In this document: positions 13,561-25,578 of the stretch, one piece after another
Position numbering within the stretch: position 1 is the stretch's first letter
How the letters are laid out: each line of letters opens with the position of its first letter
Source of the DNA: Vicugna vicugna
Taxonomy: Eukaryota
Length of the DNA stretch: 64,000 bases
Assembly: GCA_013265495.1 (NCBI GenBank)
Contig: MU063897.1
Location: 2,427,220-2,491,219, forward strand
Reading direction: 5' to 3'
Notes under the pieces: generated by a model
Databases searched by the model: none
What the model saw: only the letters and a program-made list of their open reading frames with translations
Told to the model about the DNA's origin: nothing
Position numbers and translations under genes: made by a program

Positions 13561-16500
13561 TGTCCTCACCGAAGGGAAGGCGCCACCAGCTCTTCATGCA
13601 CGACAGCATTTGAGCCAGACCCTCACTTCCTCCAGAGCTCCTGAAAGACCAAACAGGAGGCAAGGCCAACAGGCACAGTGGAGAAAGTGTAGGTCTGGCT
13701 CTAATGCTTTCTCATTATTGACAACCCTTTTTATTACCTTTTCTTAAGAGACATGTTTTGGAAGATTTCTGCACACCAAGCTACCAAGAAAACGTCGTCT
13801 GCTCAATGTTATTGAATTCGTATACCAATTCTCTTAGTCAAAGGTGTATCTAACCAGCTGCGGCGTGGCTGACCCAGCCACATGCAGAATAGAACTGCTG
13901 TAAACTCAGAAAAAATAAGTCCAGTTTTGGGTTCACCTCTGTGGCCTTCTTACAAGAACATGGGGTTTCTGCAAGGCTGTGGAACGCTGATAAACTGCTG
14001 TCCCTCCCCTTGTGATGTTAGGGAACTTTAGGTGATGGAGATCTCCACCCCCACAAGACCTAGACCCTGTCTGAAATCCTCCGATTTATGATCAATAAAT
14101 ATAATGAATGCATAAGTAATTCACAAATCATTTGGACCAGACCTAGATAATCATTTTAAACAAAGTTTCAAAGTCCTATCCACTGACTGTGGGCTTGTTC
14201 TTAAACTAAGATCCGTTATATGAAGGTAGTAAGGAACACTTTCCAAACAGCCACCAGGTGGCCAGAAAGCCTTCAGCCTGTTGTTCAAATTTGGGTGTAC
14301 TTGTTCTTTCCCATCCGTCTGTTTCTGCTTTTCTCCATATCTGGCACACGTGCGTGCACTCTCTCGTTTTCTGACTCTCTCTCTGTGTCTCTCTGTATGA
14401 ATATGTGTGATATATACCATATGTGTATCTCCTATATTAGAGAGAGAGAGACATCTTTCTATCTCTATAAGCAAAATTAGGATCCCACTGTATCTTACTT
14501 TCTTATTAGCATTTTTTATGAAATAAAAAAAAAGTCATTTCAATGACATGATTTAAAAAACTGCTGTTTGATATTTCATCACATGCATTCGCCATGATTA
14601 ATTTGACTAATTCTGTATATGGGGATGTTTATTGTTTATGTTGATGTTTAAGCTGTTTCCAATATTCTGCCATTGCTAATGACACTGCAAGAATATGCTT
14701 GTACCCAGATCCTTGGGGACATCTTTGATTTTTTTTGTTTTTTAGGCTAAGTGACAAGATGTTAAATAACCCACTAAATGAGTTGGCTTTTGGATGTTAG
14801 CTTTTGAATCACATTATCAAATTCAAATTTATGCTCCTGCCAATGGTGTACCAGAGTGTCTTTTCTGCCTACCTTGGTGATTTTCTATTACAATGATTTT
14901 TCTCAGTTTTATAGGTAAAACATGGTTGTTTGACTTTAATTGCATTTAATTGATTCCTGTCCAGATTTGCTGTCCATTTACGTTTCTTCTTATTTTGCAT
15001 TTTGTGTTCCTTTTTATCTCATGTGCTTTCCTACTCCCCCACAGAATGCCACCCCATTCTTGGGCAAGCCTCTTTCCCTGCGGCATCTCTGCCTTTACCA
15101 CGGGAGTAATACCAGTGTCCCACGGAAGAGTGCTTTGCAAAGAGAACATGGTCAAATGCTTCGCAAACAGAACGTGTCAGAAAAGTGCACACTCAAAAGG
15201 CCCGCAGGTGGCTTGGCCAGCCACATGTGTCATTCCTCCAGCTGGGATGCCCGAACTCCCTCTAGAGCTGTAAACCTCACATCTCACCCAGATTCCGGAC
15301 CCCATCACCCAGGGGCCAGCAGAGCAGGAGGGGCCGGCCACGGTACCTAATGACTTAACCAGGTGAGGTTCACTTGCACGTCGGGTTTTTGCACGATTGT
15401 GCCTCAGAGGAAGTGTTCCCTACTGCTCTGGGAAACAGGGCAACCGTAAATCAGGTAACAATATGGCACTGACTTATTTATCCTTCTAAGAGTTTTACAT
15501 TCTGAAGTCAGCAAGGGACCCATTGCCCGATCCACGGCCAATTTGCAGTCATCACTTTGGGAAAGCTAGACGCCCTTGCTCAGCTGGAAGGCATGCTGGG
15601 GGCGGGCATGAGCCCAGGCACCCCACAGAGCGGGGCCTGATCGTGTATCTCAGCCTGAACCAAATGTTATCTTCCAGGGTCGTGAGACAGAGACAGGAAG
15701 TCACCAAACAGTGGGAAATTCTTCCTCTCACTGCTTATACTGCTCTTTGGCCTCCCCCGGCCTCCTCCTTCAACAGGAACATTTGCCCGGACAGCGGCTG
15801 CACCCCTGGGGGGCGTGACAGCGAGTCATTCTAACAGAAGTGGACATGAGAAAAGAGTAGCCCTCTGGCCTTCAGCTGGTGCTAATTAGCAATCAAGGCC
15901 AAGGCTGAAGTCAATGTCCCATAAAGTCATGGTATAGCTTATGAGAGAATATTAGGCAGGCATTAAAAATAATGTTTTCAAAGAATTTTTATGAGACTGA
16001 AAAATGCTCATGACATGAAATAAAAGGAAGAAAAGAAAGGTGTAAAACCCACAGATAGAATACAGACTAGGATTCCAATTATGTAAAGGAGTAGCTGGAA
16101 ATATTGTAAAATGGTGACTGTGATTAGCTTTGCAGGTGAAATTAGGTTTGAATTTTATGCTCTTTCTCATTATATGTTAAAAATTTCCTACACTATGCAT
16201 TTGTGACTTTGATTTACTCCCCCAAATTAATATTTTATAAGACCAAGTCTGAAGTGTGCTGCCCAGGCCCCTGGGGATTTCACAAGTGCTTATTTGGTGT
16301 TAATTTCTCTCTTTACCAGAGTTAGGACTGGCTGTGCCTGCCCTCACCCCACGTGCTTGCTTTCTTACCTGCTTCCTTCTTCTTCCCTCCCTCGCTTCCT
16401 TCCTTCCTGACAAACATTTTCCCACCCTGAGCCCTGGGAAGTCTTCTGAGAAAAGCAAATCTTAAACCCAAACCAAGACCAAATTTGCAACAAGCTCAGG

Positions 16501-17545
16501 GATAGGGGAGAGGGGATTGGTCTGGCAGCCCTCCTGGTGCAAAAAGGCTCGTGAACCCACAAATGGCTCTGCATGCCCTACTCACACTGCTCCTAGCAGG
16601 CTGCCTTCAGTTCTGGTGCCATGATCAAAAAAGAAAATTGAAATGTCTTCTGCTGATTCCAAAAATGCCACTAACATCCCCACCAATAATATTAGCAGCA
16701 AGACCACCACCACGTACCGCATGCTTATCACGTGCCAGACAGTGGATTAAACCATGATCTATTGTCTCATTTGATTTTTAAAACATCTCCTTTACAGATG
16801 AGAAATCTCAGTTTATTGAGGTGAAGTAATGAGGCGGGTTCATGTTAATCTGCATAAATTTCCCTGGAGAAAGGAGGGAGGCGAGTCTCAGGAAACCTCT
16901 GCCGTCTTTGCTGCTGGGGCCTCCCGCCTTCAGCCTTGGCTGCTGGGATTGGAGAAGCCGGCAGGAGAAACGCATCACCCCGGGGACACTTGTGTGACTC
17001 TTCCTGACCAAGAGTGACAACTCACCTCATTTTAGAAGAACATAGGTTTAAGTGGAAAAATTTTAGTGATGAGACAGGTATGGCTTGCTCATGGGAAGTA
17101 AGAGGTTGAAGCTCCAGAATCGGGAAGGTGGTTGCCCAGGTGGCCCTCAGCTGCATCCACCATGCTCTCACCCCTGACTACTGTTTGCCTGACTCTGGCC
17201 ATTTTGATGGCTTGAGAGGCCAAGCACTGCTCAGGCCCGTGGCCCCACTGGGTGACTTTGTGGGTCCCTGGGGAATCAGGTCCTTTCTCATACAGTTTGC
17301 CAGAAATGTGACAGCAGTATACTGGGTCTCCCCAGGGCAGTCCCTCAGTCAGCTGGTAGGGGGCGCCCAGCAGTGAGAGGAGGATGCTCATTGGTCAAAC
17401 AGACTGGAGCTGATGGGAGATTACTGAGTATCCCAGACAAGTATATCCTGCATGTAATCACCTCGTTATTGCATATTACCTACTCTACTAATGTATAGAA
17501 AAAAATGTGAACTGCCCATGTAAAGCATGGCTTTAATAAAACCAG

Positions 17546-17551
17546 TTTATT
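17546..17551 (-). terminator. PYROXD2: Probable PYROXD2 poly(A) signal AATAAA (second hexamer ATTAAA at 17532-17537)
   Basis: First AATAAA on the minus strand, about 175 nt after the stop codon. Confidence 0.75.
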
Positions 17552-17724
17552 CATGAGGTCATGGGCACAAAGTTAACTTGGACCAAATGTAAATTGCATG
17601 TTTCTTCTAGAATAGCAGCTTGCTCCTGAGGACTTGCCTGCCTCAAGCCATTTCCTGGGAAGCTGATCCAATGGGGACTTAAAATCCCAATGGTGACCTC
17701 TTCCTGGGTCAGAGTTGGTTCGGG

Positions 17725-17795
17725 TTACATGCTCCTGAGGTCCCTGAAGACCACGTGTGCTGCATTGCGTCCAGCGGCTCCCATGACACCTCCTC
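17725..17795 (-). CDS. PYROXD2: PYROXD2 exon 16 coding part (71 nt), [23 protein letters not shown]
   Basis: ttccag|GA GGA GGT GTC ... ATG TAA. Confidence 0.96.
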
Positions 17796-20700
17796 CTGGA
17801 AGGGAGTTTCCCATGAACCAAAGTTGTGCTCACCCTCACTCCCCCTCTTCCTCCCACCCACCCACCCACACACGCAGAGGCCGGGGCATGCAGAGGCACC
17901 AGCAGAGCAGAGCGGGGATGCCTGAAGTGTGGTGCTGGGGCCGTGGCATCAGAAGCACCTGGGACGACTCTGAAGCCAGAGCCTGGGCTCCCCTGCAGGC
18001 TGCCTGCCTCAGCGCTCCACAGAGGGGCCGGTGCACAGTCCAAGCAAGTGTCCTCCCCCACCCCCAGTCTGAGAGCCGATGGGCCAGATGGTGAGACTCT
18101 CTTCACGTGAAACTAGATTGAGGGGCTTGCTAAGGGCTTGGGGGGAAGACGTGGAAGTTCGGACCCTGTCTGGGAGACCAGGGCCCATATAGCTCAGAGG
18201 AAGCATCAATAGGAAATGAGAATCTGTAGGGTTGGTTAGGCCTGGGATGGGGCAGGGAAATTTTTTTAAATTGAGAAACTGAACTTTGCTGATCATCCTC
18301 ACTGGCCTAAAATACAGATGGGGAATTTAGGGACATGGGTGTCTTACACCCCATAGTGGGAATCTGGAGAGATGGCTCCACTGGGACGTATCCCCAGGCC
18401 TCACGAGGAGGAGGTGTGAGTTAGCCTGTTTATCTCGGGGCACGGAGAATTCTCAGCTAGGGAAATGGCTTGTTCTCGTGGGAGCTCCTTGCCTCCCTCC
18501 TGCTCCCCTGCTCCCCCGTCTGCAAGCCTCTGGCATCCCGCCAGCCCTCGCCACCCACACAGGTAGTGAGACCGAGGGTCACTCACCAGGATGGGCCCCA
18601 CTTCCGCAGAGATACAGGCCCTGGAGAGGGCTGCGGTAGCTGGAGTGCAGGGGCACAGGGCGGGCAAAATACAGCTGGTCCAGGGCCATGGCACAGTGGA
18701 ATACGTTCTGTGGGAGGCAGGGCCACAGCCGTTAACACAGGAGTGTTACAGTCCCCACCGCCTTCCCCTCCCCTGCTCTCCAAGGAAGGTTCTTCTTCCA
18801 GGATGTTTTCTCGGGGTCTTATGACACAAAATGAGGAGGGGGAGAGACAGAGTAGGCACACGTCCTAGGGCTGGGGGTGAAGTTTCCTAGAGGCATTTTT
18901 CAAGAAGAAAGAAGGGTAGGGAGCGTCTTCAGAGTGTGAGGAAACTGAATGGGGAAGAAAAGGGAGATTTTAAAGATTCTGCTGTGGACTACGAATCCCC
19001 CTCTCTCTGTTTGAAAAACAGAGGAATTTGATTTATTTTGGCTGCTGGCAACATGCTTCTTTGGCCAAGATAGCAATCTGAGCCTGGGCCCTGGGGGTCC
19101 AACCTCCTGCATGGTCACAGTAAATGGCAGACAAGGACACTGGGACTTGAGCTCAGTTCTGCTCCACTGGCCTAGGTCAGACCAGCCGAGGAGGGAGGCG
19201 GTGTGGGGTCGGGGAAGGATGCACCTGAAGGGCAGGTCTGGACAAGGAGACCAACATCTGCTGGATGTCACCATGGGGATGGCCACTGGCTGCCCCTCAT
19301 CATGTCCCAAACTGAGCTCGCCCTCTTCCTTCAAGTCTGCTCCTCTCCCGTCTTCCCTGCCTCTCCTCCCCATCCTCTGCCTCCAGGCAGTTGCTTTACA
19401 TCACCTCTACCCAACCTCTGCACTCACAGCATTACTGGGACCTCTCAGTCTGCGGCCCCAAGCTTCCTCCTTTGTCCTTTCCCTTCACTTCCCACTGCCT
19501 GGCCTCCTCCCTCTCTATCTGGCCCAGCGGCTGCCCAATACAAATATAACAGGAGCCACATAGTAATTTTAGATTTCCTAGTAATCATATTCAAACTTAA
19601 AAAGAAACTGGTGACATTAATGTCAATAATCTATTGAATTTAACCCAGTAGATCCAAAATATTATCACTTCAACATGTGATTGGTATAAAAATTATTGGT
19701 GAGACATGTTACATTTTTTTATAGTCAGTCTTTGCCACCTGGGGTGCATTTTATACCTGAAGCACATCTCATCCCACCTGGCTGCACTGAAACCATCAAT
19801 AATCACACGAAGCTAGAGGCTGCTGTACTGGACTTGGCCCCCTCTCCTGTCCCCCGCCTCCAGGCTCAGTGAGTTTTTGACAAGTCAGAGAGAAGTCGGA
19901 GGCCATGCTGCCTTAGGGAACAGGTCCCTCTGAAGAAAGCCAGATGGGAAAGGCTGACATGGACATTTGGGCAGAAGGGCCACAGTCCTGGCGGTCTGCT
20001 CAGCGGCGCTCCCTCTCCTGACCGTGCCTCCTCACCCCCCTCCCCACTCCCTAGATCTGACCACTCCTCCGCCCTCCCTGCTGTGGTCTCTGCCACTGTC
20101 CTCTCTTCCCCAGGAGGCTGAGTGTGACTAGATAAAGCTGAACGGGCCTGCCAGGGAAGGGATGCAGGGAAAAGGTGATGAGAGACCCCCCAGTCCTACA
20201 CTCACCCCTCCAGGAAGCCCAAAGATTCTCTCCAAATCAGGGGGTGTGAGGACATCTCTGCCCACCACAGAGTCCTTGAAGCCAGGCGCGTAGGCCTCGA
20301 TGCAATCAAACACTGGGTGCCAAACACAGTGAAACGAGAGGATGTTCAGAGGAAGAGCAGGAGGCATTACAATTGTGCAAGTTGGCAAATTTATGAAAAT
20401 TCATTAAACTCTACACTTAGAAGGGTTTTTTTCACATGCAAATTAATTCTCAATAAGCAAAACCCAGAAACAGTCCATAGCAAATTATTTATTTGCTACA
20501 AAGGCCTATGGATCTCGGGCTAGTCCAGCCTCCCACTCTTTCCCACCTTTTTACTCCAGCCCTAAACACAGACTTATCCTTGAATATGCAAAGATTTCTC
20601 CACCTCATTGCTCTGATCAAGTTATTTCTTTTGCTTGGAATGCCCTTTGATGCCTGGCTGACTCCTATTCATCCTTTAAAACCCAGCTCAAATTGTCCCC

Positions 20701-23700
20701 TCCTTTGGAAAGCTCTCCTTGTCTCTCTGGCTTCCTCCTTTGGTTCACACAGTCCGTTGAATTGGAAGACTGGCTTATTAGTCTCCCCCACGGGACCCTG
20801 AGTAACTTGAGGGCAAGAATTGTGTCTTTTTGGCTTTCTTAGCCCAGTGCCTGATCCCCACACACTCGTGTTGACTGAGGTTTCCCCGGGCATGCCTCTC
20901 CCCCTGGCACAGGTGTGAATCCTGAGTGGGGTAGTCAGGAGGAGAGGGGTCCATCGGGGTGCACGGCCAGCTATCACTGTGGAGACAGGACAGTCCAGCC
21001 CTCTTTACCTCTGTCTGCGTAAGCATTTCTCTCCAGCTCGTCCCAGGCCTTGCCTCCAGCCAGTGTGTAGGGAGTGTATTGAGTGAAGAGGGAGATGACG
21101 TGGCAGCCGGGGGGAGCCAGGGTGGGGTCCAGCGAGGAAGGGATGCAGAGCTCAATTATAGGTCTGCATGCAACACAGGAGGGGAGAGGGTTGGGCCTGC
21201 TGGAGGAAGGGGCTAGGGAGCTGCTCCGAGATGAGAGGGCACCAGGGCTGGGCTGCTGATCTCTGTGAGGTGGCCTTTGCCTGCAAGGACTCAGGAACCA
21301 CCAGGACCACCAGGACCATCCAGACCACCATGGGGTGTCCCTCATCCCTAGGCCCTGGTCCCTGCCAGACCTCCAGGACCCGGCTCTCTCATCCCGCCGC
21401 GGCCCCCCTGTGAACGTGCAGCTTGTCCCTGTTGCCCCCACCACACACCCAACGCTCCAACCAGGGGCTCCAATGTCTCCAGGGACCCCCACCTGTGTGA
21501 AGGCAGGCCATCCATGGCGTCTTCATAGGCCCGATGGAGAAGGAGGGTGTCCTCACAGTTGAGGTGGATGGTACACTGGTGATGGGGCAGTGGCTGGCCC
21601 CCGGGAGTATTGGGGGCTGCCAGGAAGTCAGGCAGCCTGTTAACAGCCACTGAGGGACCAAAGAGGAGGGTCAGGGCCCAAAGGCCTGTGTCCTCAGTCC
21701 CCCAGGATCCTCCTTCTCTACCCACCACCTGCTTACCCACATGGTCGACTTGGAAGAAAAAGTACAAGAAAGTGTTTCACCTTCAAACTAGGGGGCAGGC
21801 TGGCAGTCAGGGACTAGAGCTGACAACGTAGGTGAGTCTTTCCCAGACCGGGAGATTTCTCACTCAGATAACATAGGGAGAGACTGCTCTGACATCTGTG
21901 AGTCTCCTACCGTTGATCTTGGTAGCAGGTGACTGGATGTCCAGCTGGGTGATTCTCTGCACAAACTCCTCAGGAAGCCACTCCTAGAAGGAGAAGTTTC
22001 CATTCTGGGGTGGCCGAGGCCCCAAAGGAGCTGCCTTCCTCCTTTGCTGAGGCTGGTCCCTCTACTGCCGAAGATCCTCTCCCTCCCTCAGAGCTCAGCT
22101 AAACCACCTCCTCTGGGAAGCCCTCCTGGACCATTCCCACTCAGCGCTAACCATTCCGTCCTTTACTCTCTGCTTGCAGTCCTGACTGTAAACAGCCCAC
22201 TCCAGCTCCTGCTATGGATATGGCCAGTGAGCTGCAGCCTCTTTCTCCTCTGATCTGCAAGCTCTTGGAAGTCTTGATGGTCTCAAAATTGTCTAAAGAC
22301 TCTTTGAATTGATGTTTACTGAATTTTATTAATGGAATCACTTGGAAAAAGTGGTGCCTTGTCTCCAAGAATGACTGGGAGCTACTTGCCCATACACTAT
22401 TGTCATATCTTTGGGGGACAGGGAAGGTGTGCTCAATTGCAAAATTGCCCCCAATCCCCAGCCCTCCCTGTATGCACACCCCTTTTTAATGCCCTTGCAC
22501 TGCGACTCTGAGCTTGGCCATGAGACAGGGCTACTGCTGGCAAATGGGTTTCAAAGAGAAGCCTGGAAAGCACTTGCACGATTGAGTTTGCTCACTGTCG
22601 CCCTCCGCCAGACCCTGAGAACACGCTCAGACTAATGTGCTGGAGGACGAGAGACACAGGGAGCAGAGCTGTCAGCTCCCAGTTCTTCTGCCCGCCCCCT
22701 GTGAATTTGTGGTCACTTCCCCACCCTGGGCTGAGGCTTCACCGAGGGGTGTGAGGAAGCTGTGAGTAGGAGCAACACCTTTAGACAGAGGTCCCCATCA
22801 TCCTGAGACCACCCTGGGCTCGCCACGGCCAACAGAGCCCAGGCACACACGCTAGGTCAGCCAAGGTCAGCAAGGCCCACTAGTGACCCACAGCTGACAG
22901 AAGATGCAGGTGAGTGAGCCCAGATCCCAGATCGGCCGGACTCAGCCAAGATCAACTAATTTACCCTACTTCGTGTGCTAACTCAGTATTTTTTGTTAGA
23001 TGCCCAGAAGCTGTGTGGTTGTTATGCAACATTCATACGGCGATGGCTAATGGACACAAACGGTGAGGGTAGAGCTGGTTAGGAGGGAGAAGTCAGGGTG
23101 GTAGGAAAGTTGTAGAAATAACTCCAGTTGAAAGTCAGACTGGGGTTCTAGCTCTGGTTCTGCCAATCGCCAGCTGCCTGGCCTAAGTCACCTCACCTCC
23201 CTGGATCTTTCCCTTCACTTGTGAGGCGTCTTCCCTGTGGGCTACCTGCCTGTTAGGTAAGGAGAGAAGGACAGGCTTCCCACGTGCAGAGACCTGGCAC
23301 CTGCACCTCCTACCCTGATGCAGCCCCGGTTCCCTTGATCCCCCAAGTTCCAAGCCCCACGTTGCAGACATTTCTCCCCCTCCCCAGGTCTCACCTGTGG
23401 CGTCAGCTTCAGGAAGGTGGTCTGCGGCGATGCGTTGGACAGCACCACTCTGCTCCTCACCTCTGAGCCGTCCTGCAGCACGACTCCTTGAACGCGCCCT
23501 CCATGGCTCACCTGCACCTTGGCCACTGTCTGGAGCCCATGGGAAAGAGGCCAGGACCACAGGAAGGGAAGTGCAGGTTGGTCTTGGAGGACTTCTGCTG
23601 TCTGTGTTTCTCCTACTCACAGCTTCCTCATCCTGAATCCCCCCAGCCGAGCTCTGCTGCCCTTTGGTGAAGCTTCAGCCCAGGTGTGTGTGGGGGGGTG

Positions 23701-25530
23701 ACCGCGAATTCAAAGGGGGTGGGCAGAAGAACTGGGAACTGGTTGACAGCTGCTTGGCCACTAACAGGCTGCAAAGCCGGAGACCTTTGATTCTGAGCCC
23801 CGCCTTGACCATCAGTAAAACAAAGGACCCTCTGAATCCAAGATTCTGTTCTATTGTAGGATCATTGCCAAAAACAGGGTGAGGGTAGAGGGGCCATTCA
23901 CCTTTTCGGTGAAGATGCTCGCTCCGTGCTCAGTGGCTGAGCTTGCAATGGCATCAGAGAGGGCACCCATGCCACCCTGGACGTAGCCCCAGGCTCCCTG
24001 CATCCCCTCCAGACTCCCCATCACGTGATGGAGCAGCACATACCTGAGGACGAATCATCAGAATCAGTGGCTGCAGGATGGATTTACTCTCCCTGGAGTT
24101 CTAGGAGCAAATGTTCCCTCCCATTTGGTACCTTCAGCCTCTCCCTGCCCCACTCCGGCTATGTCCCACTAGCCTTTAAGTGAGCCCAAGACTCCTGTAA
24201 GAGCCCTTCACCTCCCATTCTACATTCTCTCCCCATGTAAACATCTAGGGGTTGGTTAGAGCTTTGGTTCCAACAATGTGGCGGCAACGCCTGAACCGGC
24301 ATCTCCAGCTCTCTCCTGAGCTTGAGCCTGTGTGCCAGCTACCCACAGATATCTCCACTGGCACAGTTTTTGGCAGTCATCTTAAACCCATCCCGTTTCC
24401 CCGATTCCCTAACCTGTTTCTCCGTCAGTCTTCTCCACCCCAGTGAATGACACCTTCAGTTTCCAACAGAAACCTGGGTGTCAGTCTTGCCTCCTGCTAG
24501 CCCCTCGCTGCCACATCCAATCAAGTGCCTCCCAAAGAACGTTCCCAGGCTCAGTCCCTGCTGCCTCCTCCCTGGCCCAGGCCACTCTGTGCTCCTCCTT
24601 AAACTTCTATAGCAACATCCTCCTAACTGGACCACCTTCTCCCACTCTTCCTTCCCTGCCGACCTTTCTCCACATAGAACCCAGAGACCAGCCTCAAAAC
24701 CCAGCTGTGCTCCTGTCACTTGGCTCCTTTCAAGCCTTCACTGGCTCTCCGACGCTCTGAGGGTGATGGCCAGTCTCCGCAAATGGCCCCCAGGGGTCCT
24801 GCCAGCTCATCAGCCCCATCCCTCACCACGGCCCCCAGCCCCAGCACTCCTACCAAACCACACCTCTCTCCGTGCCTTGAATAGACCACACAGTCCACCC
24901 ACAGCTCCTACATTTGCACAGGCTGCTCCAGCAGCCTAGAAGCCCCTTCCTCCTTCACCCTTTGTTTAGCTAATTCCTCCTGTCCTTAGAGTCTCAGATT
25001 AAACATCTCTTCCTCATGGGGGGCTCCTCTGAGCCTGGACCACATGGTCCCCCTGCCTTATTTTCCCATCCTCACACTCACAGCCCTCCACTCCCACCGC
25101 TCACTCTGTGTCTGCCTCTCCCAGCAGGACTTCCGTTCCATTCTCGACCGTCTCCCTAGCACCTGGCACAGATGAGTGCTCCACTAGTATTTATTGAAAG
25201 AATTAATGAAAAAACAAATGACTTAGAGGCCCATCTCACAAACTGGGCAGTAGCTAAGCCTTCCGGACACTCACAGAGAAAGGGACAGGAGGCCCCAGCT
25301 GGAAGATCCAGATTGGCTGTTTGATCACAAGAGCTTGGCCAAGGTGTCACAACGGCTGCCAGCACCCCCTTTCCCTTTGCCCTGGGGAATCTGGGGCTGC
25401 TTAGTGTGTGTTGAAAAACCACTTCCCAGGGTGTTCTTATCCCTTGAGAGTAAAGCCACACTGGCAGCTCCTAGATGCATCTTCCGGTGCACTGGAAATG
25501 GCCCAAGACCTGGCAGCATACTCTGTCCCC

Positions 25531-25578
<48 letters not shown>

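Noticed and set aside
1-17500. LOXL4 or another coding gene in the left part
   Set aside because: No SRCR or lysyl-oxidase peptides in any frame; ORFs are short, repeat-overlapping and lack exon chaining. In human, LOXL4 is on the order of 100 kb from PYROXD2.
21290-21332. Short CCAGGACCA tandem repeat
   Set aside because: Three to four degenerate 9-mers in an intron; ordinary slippage.
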